A DNA stretch of 63,465 bases, filler included, from Basidioascus undulatus (taxonomy: Eukaryota): the NCBI GenBank assembly GCA_000826855.1. It is 12 parts of 12 records of this genome, joined end to end, with 100 filler letters (N's around TTAATTAATTAA, not from the genome) between each part and the next. Parts side by side here need not be neighbours in the genome. Positions count along the whole stretch, not along the records: positions 10,292 to 15,295 come from JTLS01002022.1; positions 15,396 to 20,427 come from JTLS01002023.1; positions 20,528 to 25,554 come from JTLS01002024.1; 9 more parts are not named here. One strand, written 5' to 3'. Positions 11,159 to 23,964 of this stretch are shown in pieces. How positions within the stretch are numbered: the first letter of the stretch is position 1; every line of letters begins with the position of its first letter. The notes under the pieces were generated by a model, which did no database searches, had not been told where the DNA came from, and saw only the letters and a list, made by a program, of their open reading frames with translations. The position numbers were made by a program, and so were the translations under genes.

Positions 11159-14115
11159 ATGAGATCCACACGAGTCGCGCTCGTGCTGAGCGCCGCTTTT
11201 GCTGCCGCCGTGTCTGCAGTGCCGACGAGGATGATGGCGAGGCAGGAGTCCGACGGTGAGTGAGGGAAGCTGGTGGACAATGTATAAGAGCTGACGCTGA
11301 TGGAGTTGCGACGCAAAGGCGATGCGATGGCCTTCATCTTCAGCGAGAACGGGACGGACTTCTCCGGAGACTTCAGGTCGATCTTGCCCGGCGACCTCCT
11401 CCCTGGCCCGCCTGGCGCGCTCAAGAGACGAGCCCCTTTGGCGAACAAGGTCATTACTGCGCATTACATGTGAGTGTCCCAGTCTGGCAACTGCATTTGT
11501 TGCGCCAGTCAGCTAATGCAGCCTTGGCTGCTTCTGCAGGGGCGGTAACAGTGCGTCGATGTGGCTCGTCATTGCACACGGATGTTCGATACTGACTAGG
11601 CTTTGTCTGTGCTCGGCAGCGTACTCCCATACAGCCGCCATCTGGCAGTCCGATATCAGCCAGGCTGCAGCAGCTTCGATGTACGTCGTCGGGTTTTCAG
11701 CGACCATTTTCTCACCTCGTCTGCTTATTCGGGCTTTCATTGCGGCAGTGATGCATTTGCATACAACCTTGGCTCCGAGTCATGGCAACAGGACCGGCGA
11801 GTTAATTTTAAACGATCAGGTGGCCGGCGCATTTTCTGACCACACGGACTCTGCAGTCTGACAGACGCGTACGCCGCAAAGTTGCTTCTTCGTTCCCCGC
11901 GACACTGATGTCTTCTTGAATGCAGGTTAAACCAAGCCCAAGCATTGGGTAACGGGTTCAAGTTCTGTGAGTTTTGCAAATGCTCGTGTTGCGACTGATC
12001 ACTGAACCCATCGTTGTATCTCAGTCCTCTCGCTCGACATGTCGTACGTATCGTCCTCGGCAGCTCTACCCACAATTCACTTATCCTTCTCCGTTTGCCC
12101 ACAGTGTCCTACGGAGCGCCACTGCCTCCAACGCGGTGAACTTGCAGAACATCGTCAAGAAGGTGCATACCACTCACTCCTTTCGATTCGCCGAAGCTCC
12201 GCTTATCTTCTGATACATTTTCCCACTGCAGTTTGTGCGGCATCCGAACTACCTGCAATACCGCGGCCTCCCGCTCGTCTCCACGTTCGCTGGCGAAAAC
12301 GCGCGATTCGGGCAGGCGAACGCTCAGCTGGGCTGTGCGTCGCTGCATCACCATCCATACTTTACTAACCTACGAACTGACAACCGACCGTGATGCAGGG
12401 TTGAATGCCTTCAAGAACCCCTTGGCCGCCGCGGGCTACCCTATTTTCTTCATGCCTGTGCGTCCGCGCTGTGCTACGCTACAAGTTAGTTGCGGGTTGG
12501 CTGAGGACTCTTTTGATCCCAGTCGTTCTTTATCGACCCTTCAACTTTCCCTTCATATACCGCCGTCGACGGCTGGTTCGGCTTCAACTCGGGCTGGTCC
12601 CTTGATGCGAACCAGGTCACGACCGGCCCCGACCAGGCGTACATCCACAATTCGGGCGGGAAGCCGTACATGCCTGCTATTAGCCCGTTCTTCTTTACGG
12701 TACGTCGTCACCCGCTTGAAGCTCTCCCTGGATCGATGGCTGACTTGGAGGTTCGTCGTGCGTGCAGCACTACGGGCGCAACAGGTGAGACTGCAAGGTT
12801 CTTTGCTACGCTCATGAGACTGACGACCCTGAGCAGCTTTAACAAGAACTGGATCTACCAGGTGCCTTGAGCTATCCACATGAAGTCTGAAATGGAACTG
12901 AAAGAGAGAGTTGTACGCGTACAGTCTAAGAACTGTAAGATCTCTCTGTCATCGTCGACCTCGCTTCGTCAACTTACATTTTGACACATGCCCTCAGTCC
13001 ACTTCCTTTACCGCTGGGCGTTCATTGTCACTTTGCGGAACCAGCTGGACATCGTTCAGGTTCGCTTCATCGACCAGTCCGACATTGCGTTCATGAAGCT
13101 GATTTTTCGTCACGACGCAGATGGTCTCGTGGAACGACTTCGGCGAGAGGTGAGTAATAGCCATCGTACGTTGTCTACCTGTTCTTCGTACTAATGTTCT
13201 TGTTTCCTCTTCAGCCACTGTCCGTTGTTTCGCCCACTCTAAGCCCTGGCTCTTTATTAATCTGTTGAAACCGAATCCAGACCTTGGACCGGTGCAAGGT
13301 GCACAGCCGAAGTATGTTTCGCATTCTTGACCGATTGAGGTGTTCGACAGTCCTAACGAGTCCAAATCATCACCTGCCAGCTCGCAGGCATGGACGACGG
13401 GCTTCCCGCACACGCTCTACCTGGAGATCGCTTCCTTCTATGGGCGCTGGTTCAAGACGGGCGCTTACCCCGCGATCACGGTTTGTTCAAAGGCCGAGAA
13501 GAATGATGCGTGGCTATACTCTGAACCAAGTCTCTAAATCACAGAGGAATGCTGTAGTCTGGTGGGCTAAGCCTCACCCCGTCGCTGCAGCTGCCACGAA
13601 CGACTCGGTGGGCAGGCCGACCAACGCGGACTGGGAGTCGGATACCGTCTACGCCACGTTCTTCATTGCCGTATGTCCTGTTCACCTGCCCCAACCTTGA
13701 AGACCGCCGCGCAAGTGAGCTTATAAGGCTCATAATTTTCCATGCTTGCAGAACGACAACACGAACATCGCGCTACGAACCACGGGCGGCGCCTATGCCC
13801 AGCGGACCGTCAACCGCGGCATCTACAACATTCAGTTGCCTACGACTGGCATGGGCGAGGGAGGGCAGGTTGCCTACGGAATGGTTGGGCCTGGTATCAG
13901 CTACGCCGTGGTGAGTTGCGCTATCTCCTGGCCGAGTCGGCAGGCGTCTAGACACTGAGCATCGGTTCTGTACACAGTACGACCCGGGCTTCCGTTACAC
14001 CATGCGCCCTGCGCAGTACAACTTTAAGTACGTTGCGCCTCGGTCCTTCTTCATTGAGCAACTGCTCATCAGAGATCACGTTGACAGCTACTATGTTGGA
14101 GGGCGCACGTTCTGA
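11159..14115 (+). CDS. Secreted GH71 endo-alpha-1,3-glucanase (mutanase-like), about 24 exons
   Basis: Signal peptide MRSTRVALVLSAAFAAAVSA, KR Kex2-type site, then KVITAHYMGGNT, WQSDI...IDAFAYN, FKFFLSLD, GLPLVSTFAG, PYMPAISPFFFTHY, KNWIY, VSWNDFGESHYLGP, YNFNYYVG - the GH71 motif series. Confidence 0.9.
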
Positions 14116-15395
14116 GACTCGGAATCTTCGGACTACTAGACTGCTGGCTGCTTGCTTGCCATAAATGCGCGGATGACTTTGTATACGCCACGACTCGGCC
14201 CTTTGTGTATTTATTATTCGTTATGACCCATGCATTTACCACGATGCTTCTTGCGACGAAGTGAATGCTTGGCTGGCAGACCACACTCCATGCATCTCAG
14301 ATAAATGCTTGCAATCTTACACCTCTTATATATGGACATGAATATTGCATGCTTTACCCTTTCCACCAACCGTCCTTCGACATCACGATCTCACCCCATT
14401 ACAGATCGTACACCCCGATTTTTGCGCACCCCTTCTGCAACCGCATCGACCAGCCGGACCCCTACGAGCTCGAGCTGAATACTCATCTGAAGGGCTCAGC
14501 CCACGAATTGAGCGTCTGGCCACTGCTCCCAAGCGAACATCGTGGGTCTCTCGCCAGCCTGATCGTCGGAAGGTCATCGGGGCGCACTGTTGTAATCCAA
14601 GTCAAAAAGGTTTAGAGCATGTCGAATCGCAAGAGTGGTATCAAGCAATTCCAATGTAATGACTTGTTGTCCTTTGGGGAACGCGTTCACGAAAGCAAGC
14701 TCCGAAGCTTGCCAGCGCACTGTGAGATGGAGCTCTTCCAGAGTCGAGCAAAGGGAGAGCACGTCAAACAGTCAGTCGACGTGCGACGCTGTCTCCACCC
14801 CGTGCTGACGCAGTCCTTTCTGCAGCTACGTGCTCGTCACCCTTCTCTCCCATGTAGACCTTCGCACCGTCCTTGCCTGCGCAGGTGCACAGTCCGGGTG
14901 AACTCCGCCTCGTGGGAACGGGATCGCTCGCGCTCCAAGCCGCACGGCTGCAAAACTGTGCGTTCCCCGTTCTCGTAGCGGCAATGTTGTCCCCAGGCCC
15001 AGCTGATGTATGTGATGCAGATCCGGGACTAGATTCAACTTGTCTCGGGCGGCCGTTCAGGTCCATACCGTCCACGACGTCTATGTGGAGAGCGGACGGG
15101 AGAGTGTCGACGACCAAGCCCTCGGCAGTCCTCACGGAGCGCAACGAGATCCGTCGCCGGATGGGCGTGGCCGTCTCCAACTCGTTCTCCGTCTCCCCGG
15201 CGCGGCTGGCACAAGAGCCCGCACGACAGGGTGGGCGACGGGCGTCGCAGCAGGCGCTACTGAGCACCCCTTCCCCATCCCCCCTTCCCCGAAAANNNNN
15301 NNNNNNNNNNNNNNNNNNNNNNNNNNNNNNNNNNNNNNNTTAATTAATTAANNNNNNNNNNNNNNNNNNNNNNNNNNNNNNNNNNNNNNNNNNNN

Positions 15396-15718
15396 AGAGC
15401 GGGGGAGGGCATGGACGCGAGCGACTTACAACGACGGCTCGGAGTTACCGGCGAAGCTGCAGGGTGTGAAAAGGTGTGTGAGTATGCATGGACGGGGGAT
15501 CTGGTCCAGATTGGGAGATTGAAGCACCCCATCTTGGTGTAGCTGCGGAGGTTGGACGGTCGGGTCAGCGCCGGTCGCCCGCCTGCCCACATCAAGCAGC
15601 TGGAACACACCCCGTGCCATTGTCGATAACGAGCGGTGCAAGACGAGACACTATATATTCCCCAGTCCGTCGATCAGCAACGTCGGTTCCAACTCCCAAG
15701 CTGTGGGGACAGCGCACT
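15396..15718 (-). CDS. ARP3: Actin-related protein 3, 5' exons (truncated by gap)
   Basis: MSRLAPLVIDNGTG/YTKMG/FAGNSEPS; the A of ATG is at 15718 and TG at 15650-15649 after a 67-nt intron. Confidence 0.85.
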
Positions 15719-16451
15719 GCTGGGCTATCGGCGGCAGGGGAAGGCGCGGGAGAAGGGAGGTGGGTACGCCGGAGGGAACGAGAGTACGCCGCAGCGGTTT
15801 TTATTGTGTAACAATCTGGGTGTGAGCGGTCGAATATAGGGGAATGGAGGGCCACGTCGAGGAGGGCGGCGAGAAGGCGGTGATGGATGAAGGTCGACCG
15901 AGCGGGGGCGGCAAGGGGCGGTGACGCTGCGAGCGAGCTGACTGCCCTACTATATTTATAGTAGGAGGCCTCCGGGCTGCTTCCGTGACTGCAAGGACTG
16001 GTTGGCTCAAGGCAGCTTTTTGACCTGGGAAGATACGGCGAAATACCAAAATGATTTTATGTCAGAAGTACAGCGGCAGCAGGGTGCCGAACCTCTCCAT
16101 CACGCAACAGGCCGGCTCGCACTGCCAGGCAGCGAGCTGTCAGAGTGCTGTCGGCGCCGTTCTCAGCCAGTTTGCAGCACATCATTCAACTACCCACCCT
16201 CGCCCATCCCAGACGTCGAAGGAGCGTAGCAACAAGAAGCGTCCATTTTCGGCCAAACGACGTTCTTCCCTTGCCCACACCCGTACAGCAGAAGCTGCAC
16301 ACTGGCAGCATCGAAAGCGTGCGAGACGTGAAACACTCTATGAAATCTATCCCAACCGTTTCCTTCCAATCCCCGGTTCCACCAGCTACAGAATACCAAA
16401 AACAAAGTGCAAACGAACTAAGAATTCCGCGCCTAGCGACCAACGGTCGCC

Positions 16452-19249
16452 TCAGTGCGTCCTCCCCACGCTCTCCGGCTCCCGCTCCACAACCGCCGCC
16501 TTCTTCCCATCCTCCTGCTCCTCCTCCGCGCTGCTCCTCCGCTCCTCATCTTCCGGGAGCGTAATCGCCGCACGAACAGCCTCGTCCGCAAAGTTGCGGG
16601 TATCAATGACCTTGCGCTCAAACACTGTGTAGGGGCGGCCCGTGCGCCGCGCGTAGAGGTACGTCGCGCCCGCGCGGAGCGCGAAGAAGCCGAACGTCCA
16701 GAGGAGGCCGCCAATAGGCCTGTCGTAGGGAGAGGGGAAGGAGAGAACTGAGTGGGGGTGGGGTGGAATGGGATGGGGAGGGAGAGGGACGCACGCGACC
16801 AGGAACGCCCCGAAGGTCGACCAGTCGTTCGAGTAGAGCCCGTTTTGAAGGATGAGGACGCCCGCGCCTTTCGCTGCGTCGTTATCTGCCGCAAACAATC
16901 CGCGAGTCAGCCCAAGGCACCCAGCCAGGGGACGAATGAGGGCTGAGAGAGTGGGGAAAACGCACAGTAGATGCTCCCAAAGATGAAAACGGTGAAGAAC
17001 CCGCCGAGGCCGCCGACGATGATGTCGATCCCGCTGAGGAAGTAGAGCTGCGGGACGAGGCCGAGGAAGATGGGGGGGATGAGGGCCGCGGAGACGAGGT
17101 CGGAGATGAGGTAGAGGACGAGGATGTTGATTTTCTTGGTCGCGCTGCGGGAACCCAACGACCAGCATTCATACTTAGCCGGTCTGCGTCTCGAAAGAGT
17201 GAACAAGAAGCTAGGCAACGAGGAACTTACACGACGATAGCCGGGACGTTGACGACGAGGATAAGGCGGACCCACCAGATGCTGTTCCCCGACCCATCAT
17301 CAGCCGACTTCAAAAATCGAATTTCAGGTATCAAATTACTTGATACGGTTGCGGAAAACGTCGTTCGAGAGCGTAACAACGATCGCAGCCTGGAGCGTGT
17401 CGTACGCCGCGCACGACAGCGACAGTGCAAAGACGATGACGAAGCCGACGACCCAGGTCGGGAGCGTCTCGAGGATCTGGAAGAACGTGAACGAGCCGTC
17501 ATCGCCCTCGTACGCCGGGTAGAGCCCCGCCCAGGCCGCCAGGAGACCGCCTACAGGGAGGAGGAGCCGGCAGGGGGAGGGATGGAAAGGTCAGGGAAGG
17601 AGGAAGGTAGATGGATGGAAGGGAAGAAGCACGCACTGAACCCGACGAGCGTGAGGATGACAAAAACGATTGAGGACGCCGCCCCGCACCCCCACCGCAG
17701 GTCCTTGTCCGTCTTGGACGAGAACGCGCGCTGCCAGTAACCGCCTGCCCATCCGAAGACGTCAGCATGCACGGCCGGCCAGATTGTAAAGCAGAGAAAC
17801 AACACACTCAGGAAGAAGTTGTTGGTGACGATCGCGACGGGCAGGATGTAGAGGAGCTGCCAGCCGAGGAGGCTCGCGTTGAGGTAGCCAGACTCCCAGA
17901 TCGTGGAGGTGTCGATGCGGATGTTCACGCCCATGGCGACGGAGCAGCTGCGGCGTTCCACAACACATGAGCTGAGGGAAATTGGAATATAAATTTGCGA
18001 AAAGAAGAGCACCCACATGACGAGAAGAAGGAGGATCATCACGCCCTGCACGTTGTCGGTGATGAGCGACGTGCGGAAGCCGCCCCAGGCTGCGCATCGC
18101 CGCCATGATCAGCTGTCTGGTGGCTCGCAAAGAGTGTCAGGCGCAGCTTACCCGTGTACAAAAGTGTAACGACGACCTCCACGACCGTAGCCGGAATGGC
18201 GTTCAAGTCCGTCAGCGAGTTGATAACGCCCGTCACAGATGTAAGCTCCGAGACCTGTTCCCTCCACATCCACCATCAAGCCTCATCCTCCGCTCAGCCG
18301 CACGCTGCGCGGGCACACGCACCATGTAAATAAACATAGTCACGACCGAGAAGAAGCTCAAGAAGAGCGCGGCGGGCGTGCCGAAGCGCTCCCGCACGAA
18401 CTCGGTGAGGATGAAGCCGTGCGGGCAGAGCTTGCGGATCTTGGGCGCCAGGACGGGGAAGGTCAGGAGCGGGAGGGAGGACGAGAACTGCTCGCGTCGA
18501 CCTCAGGTCAGCGGGCGAGCGAGCGCTTTTCGAGGGAAGGGGAGACCCACGGCGTAGGTCAGGACGCCTTGGACGCCGGCGATGGTCGCGATCTGTTGGG
18601 GTTGGGCAGAAGGTGAGACGGCGGGGGTAGTGGGTAATGGAAGGGAGAACAACACACTTGAGGGTACGTGAACAGGATGCCGGAGCCCATAGCTTCAGAA
18701 CACCCCACAATCAGCACCTCCGCCCTCGCGGGGAGAGCAAAGAAGAAAAAAGGGAGAGAGTAAAACGCTTGCGTTCGCCAGCATTGCCTGGGGCACGTAA
18801 AGACGGTTCCTCCCGGGGGAGATCTCAGCCGGGCCGCAAGCGGCCACCAGCACCCGTAGCGTTTATACATTCCCTAAGACATACCTCCAGGCAGGTACGC
18901 TTTCGACGTTCTTCTCTCTCCCTCCATCATGCGGGGCACGCACCGGACGCGGCAAAGTTGAGCGCCAGGTAGGGCCCTGGGATGTGGGGAGTCGTTGGCC
19001 ACTCAGCCACTTACCATCCCAACAGAAGGGGGAGAGGAAAGAGCGAACATGTTTGCGTGCGAAGGGAGGACATGAAGTCGCCCTTGGACTTGGAGTATCG
19101 CCAGGAGACGACTGGGGTCGGCCGGATTAGTACTGGGGAGTTGAAGGGTGGGGGATGAGGGACACACAGAGCCCGAAGATGAGGAACACGCTGTAGGTCG
19201 TGTACATGATTGCGTTGGACGCCTCTGTATGCAGCACCGCCATCGCCAT
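16452..19249 (-). CDS. Solute:sodium symporter family transporter (DUR3/DUR31-like urea/polyamine permease), multi-exon
   Basis: MGSGILFTYPQIATIAGVQG, FILTEFVRERFG, LYTAWGGFRTSLITDNVQG, ILPVAIVTNNFFLS, YWQRAFSSKT, many hydrophobic segments; stop at 16452. Confidence 0.88.
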
Positions 19250-20073
19250 GACAACCAAGTCAACGTCGCGCTCACTAAACCACCTTCCCAGTACACGACG
19301 TACGCTCAGATGGGTACCCCATGGTGACTGTAGGATATGGAGATGAGAATGGAAGGAAAAGGGTTGAAGGAGGCCTAGGTGAAGAGGGACAAGAAGGTGG
19401 TGCGAAGCCAAGTCGTGCAAAGGCTCCCGAAAAAGATGAGTCGAGATGAGGAGCATGAGCACGCGCGAAGCCTGCCGAATGCCTGCCGTTGCCCGATTGT
19501 CGATCAGCCGTGCCTGAAAGTTGACACGTGCGTACTGTATGAGTATGAGTACTGTGTGCTGCTCACTTGAGCCAAGCGTGAGCGTTGCTCAACTTGCCCA
19601 AACATTTCTGGCTTGGTCTGCGCAACAGACGAGAACGAACTTCTGCAGAAATGTTTTCAAAGATACAGCAGATTTCTTGAGTAGCAAAAGTGTAGATACC
19701 GTAAGAATGAGAGGGTAGGGGCCGGTCCGTGCAGGCTCCAATTTCTGGAAAGCTGCCTGCAGTGGGTCTCGTCAGTGCTACCTTTCGCTGTTCACTCTAT
19801 TTTGATGTACCAAAGAAAAGAATCAAGGATTAAAAGAGGTAGTATGTATTTAAAGAGGTACTACTACCCAGGAATCCTTCTGTAAAGTGGGATGATGATC
19901 TTTCAGATTATTGTTTGCCGCACTCTCAACGCGCCAGCATCTCACCCAGGAAAGACGCCACCTCCGGAGGCTTCGCCGGAGATGCGATACTCGTTGCGTC
20001 GTCCCCTCTCCCTCTTGCCCTCACCTCACAATACTTTGATGCTTCCCCACCGCCAGCAGTCCACCCAGTTACC

Positions 20074-20427
20074 ATGGCGCCGATAGCACACTTACAACCA
20101 CAACCAAGCGGGTTTCCCTTTCTGCGCCTGCCTCTGGAGCTGCAGTCCTCCGTCCTGGAGTACCTCGAGTGGCTCGACATCCTCCTCCTCCGACGAGCCC
20201 GCCGTTCCGTCTTTCTTGAACGCCCTAAGCATCTGCAGCACCTCCCTGCCCGGCTGCCCGTCGGGCTCGACCCGTCTTCGCTTTGTCTCGGGCGGTGGGG
20301 GCGCCGTCCCGGCCCGGAGGGCCCACGACGCGCCGGAAGTGTTGAGCTGCATCTGGACGGGCTTGGCCTTGGGTGCGGGCGCGGTGGCAGGCGTGGGGGG
20401 AGGGGAGGGGGACGGACAGGGCGCGGT
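20074..20427 (+). CDS. F-box protein, 5' fragment (possibly disrupted)
   Basis: GFPFLRLPLELQSSVLEYLEWLDILLLRR is an F-box motif; downstream frame unclear and truncated by gap. Confidence 0.6.
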
Positions 20428-20527
20428 NNNNNNNNNNNNNNNNNNNNNNNNNNNNNNNNNNNNNNNNNNNNTTAATTAATTAANNNNNNNNNNNNNNNNN
20501 NNNNNNNNNNNNNNNNNNNNNNNNNNN

Positions 20528-20544
20528 CGACGCTCTTCCGATCT
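20528..20544 (+). other. Illumina adapter remnant at contig start
   Basis: CGACGCTCTTCCGATCT equals the 3' end of the TruSeq read-1 adapter. Confidence 0.9.
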
Positions 20545-21279
20545 CTCCACCCCTTCCATCCACGGTATAATCCGCTGTAAAAAGTGCCGGTCCGTCCATC
20601 CCCTCCTCCCTACCTCCTCATCCCGTTCCCCATCCACCCACCTCTTCCCCACCTCAGCTCCTCTCACCTCCCCCACACGTGCAGGATCAACCTCGCCCCC
20701 GCCTCCTCACTCATCATAGCGCACCACCCGCGCGTCCCGTTCTACCTCGCCGAGCCGCTCCCGTGGATGGCCCTCCCCGAGGGGGAGGTCGCGGGCAAGC
20801 TTTACTGCCCGAATGGGAAGTGTAGGGCCAAGTTGGGGGCGTTTGACTGGGCGGGGAGCAGGGATGGGGTGACGGGGCGGTTTGTACGTCTGCGTCCCTC
20901 TTTCCTTCCCCTCATCACCACCCTACTATCTCGTTTGGCTCTTCCTGGGAAACTAATCCCCCCATCGGATCAGGTAACACCCGCCTTCCTCCTCCACCCA
21001 ACCAAAGCCGAACTCGCCCCCTCCGCCGCTGCTCCCTCTCCCTCTTTCTCTCTCCAACGCACATCCCCCACCTCCAAGCCATCCCCCTTCCCGAACCCGC
21101 TCGACGCGCTCCGTCGACACCCTCCGCCCGCCGCTGCGCCCAGGCTCGCAAGCCCGCTTGATGCGCTGCGAAGGCCGCCGCCACCCGCTGAGGCGCAGAT
21201 GGTTGCGAGCCCGCTTGATATGCTGCGGAGAGCCCCGCCGGGACAGGGGGCGCAGGGAGGAGGGGGAGCCGGATTGTGA
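20545..21279 (+). CDS. YVH1: YVH1/DUSP12-type C-terminal zinc-binding domain (3' part of gene)
   Basis: IRCKKCR/INLA...YLAEPLPWM...EVAGKLYCPNGKCRAKLGAFDWAG...F/VTPAFLLH follows the Yvh1 ZBD pattern. Confidence 0.85.
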
Positions 21280-23964
21280 TTGTGATTGGGATGCATGGGG
21301 TTTTGTTGAGCTGCGTGTGTGTGGATCGCGTGGATGGGCGCACCTGGGGTTCGTTCGCGTTTTGGCACTTGAAGGCAGAGCTCAGAGCTGGATTGGCATG
21401 CTGCGCGCTCGGCTGGGATGAGCCCACCCACGCTCAATTAGGTGCCGGGATGGAATAGTGTGTGTCGGGCTTCGGATGGACTGGGGTTGCGCGAGGCAGA
21501 GCCGCGCTGAACTCCACTTCGGGCCCTCGCACAGTTGGGCGGGCTCTCCTCTGTGAAACCTCGTTGTTGAGTGGTTTACGCTTCAAACTGAAAAAATAAA
21601 ACAAGGGAGTCACTTGGCCGCACTGATGACATGCATGGCGTTCGGGTTTCGCGATGCAGCACGGTAGCGCGTGTCGGTGAGGGAAGAGGGAAATCAGCTC
21701 AGGGTCCTCCAACCCACTTTGAGTTGATCTTTCGAAAGATTGAGAGCAAGTCTGTCCTGTACGTTAGGCCTCATATCACGAGGACTTATGGCTTACAGCG
21801 ACGTCAGCTGCCGTTGCGCCATCACCGTGTTCAGCTCAGGTACTTTCCGAGCCCCCGCCAGAGCCACAATCCCAGCGATAAGCATAGCGGACTCCTTGAA
21901 ATGAACCTGGATTCCTGTGAATGGGTTTGAAGACGTGACGCTATATGTATTTGCGGAGAGGGGGAAGTCGGGAAGGCCGGGTGGAGTCCTCTGCTAAGCT
22001 GCTCATACATTCACCAAGCTCTTCTCACCTGAGACGACAGTCAAGATGGGTTGGGAAGGTTTCCACAAGTCGTATGTGCAAGATGGAGCAGGATCATGAA
22101 AGTGCTGTGGCTGGCGCTGGATGCCAAGTGATGCCATTTCGCACTCGTTGCGGATGTTTCAAAAAAAAAAAGGTCCACCGGATCGTCCCTGGACCTTTAT
22201 TTAAAACATGAGATCACATCGGTAGGGCATTCCATGGCCAGTGCTATGAAGGGAAGCGGGACGAAGTGCAACTTCGAATGGGGTAAAGAGTGGAGAGGAT
22301 GGTGGCACGCTGCAAATGCCCCGCTTGAACTGCCAGAACCTGCGACGGCGACTCACATGTGCTCCTTCCTGCCGACGCAGACCACGCGCTGGCGGGAGGG
22401 ATCTTGCTGAACGTCTCCTCCCGCACAAACCAACCCGCAGACCGCAAATTCATCTGCGCATCAAACAAACACAAGCCTTGCTCGCTGCCCCACAACCTCA
22501 CGCTGACTTGCCTGGCGTCGGAGCCTGGCCACTGTCTACCACGGACTCTTGTCAATTGAGAGTCTGTCTCTCCCTAGAATTTATGGAATAGGGAGTTGTG
22601 CAGGTTCTTTCCAAGCCACCGAAGCGCTTCTGCGCGCTGTATGATATACGAGCTTGACGCTGAGAGTTGAGTTAGTTATAAGGGCCTGCTGCAACCTGCT
22701 GCTGAGCCTGCGATCTACCCACCGATGACGTACAGGTGCTATCTTGAAATGAGAAATGATCAGATTATTGCCGATGCAATGTGGCAAGCAAGCGACAAGC
22801 CTTAAACGCCACGATGCAGAAATTCCATTGGCATTATGGATCGGTAAGCTAAGAAGCTGCTGCTTGAGCCGGTTGTCTCTAGAGGCTCCTCGAACATGGG
22901 GCAGTAATACGAGCAAATGGGCTTGTACAGGCTGAGTCCTGACCACAATTCAGCTACCCCTTTGCGCTGTGCATCGAAGTTCTGCTCGGGATCTGATAGC
23001 ATTTTCAACACTTCGGGCACATAGCTCCAAATCTACCTATCAGCATTACTATTTGGCAAACAGTCTGCCAGCAGCCCACTTCAACGCCTTCAAGCTTGAC
23101 CTGGAGATCACCGCTGCTGCCACCCCCTCAAATGCGGCGACCTCAAAGGATCTCGCCCCACCGCCGCTCCAGCGGCACGTATCGGAAAGGGTTGCTGGCC
23201 ATGATATGCACTTTTAGGCACACAGTTGAGCACACGGCTTCATGCGGATCTGCAAAGGTCAGGGGGCAGGTCATGCAGCGAAGTTGGGTGAGGGCTCAGC
23301 GCTTATCGGTGCAGGCCCACGGAGTCCCTCGTGGGTGTTGTTTGGCAGCTTGGCCTGCCTGTTCCTTCGTTTCATCTCCGGAAAGCGGAAAGTACGTTCG
23401 TTCGCTTTTCAAAAAGTAAAGAAGTAGGTATTGCAGTCCACAGTTCCCTGCGGCCGATGGATTCGACAATATGGCCCGAGAGGACCGCTGCGATAAGGCG
23501 TGATCGACGCTCACGCGATGCGCGGGTGACTCATGCTCACGCCTCCGCTCGTTCCCGCCGTCTGGCGCCCTCGAGTCTCTTGTTCTCCTTCCACCACCAT
23601 CTCCATTCCACGCACCACACGTTGCCACGTCCACCATGTCGTGCTAGGCTCCCAATCCTCCGCTCCTCCTGAACGTTCGACGAACGTTTGAAGAATATCC
23701 CCCGAACGCCACTTTGCACGCAGCGAACGTAGAATCAAGATCAGCGCATCCCATCGCAATCCATCTCCCCGGTCCATCATCCGCCCATCCACTACGTCGG
23801 TCCACGACCTCACCCGCAGCAATCATGCTTCCCTCGATGCCCCCGCCCCCTACGCGCGCCCGCGCACCCGCGTCGCACACCCACACCCACATTCACACGC
23901 CCCCGCACCCACACCCCCGCCGACCGACGCGCTGAGCCGCCCCACATCCCCATCCGCATTCGCT

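Noticed and set aside
20528..20544. Sequence apparently extending the YVH1 reading frame upstream
   Set aside because: It is Illumina adapter sequence.
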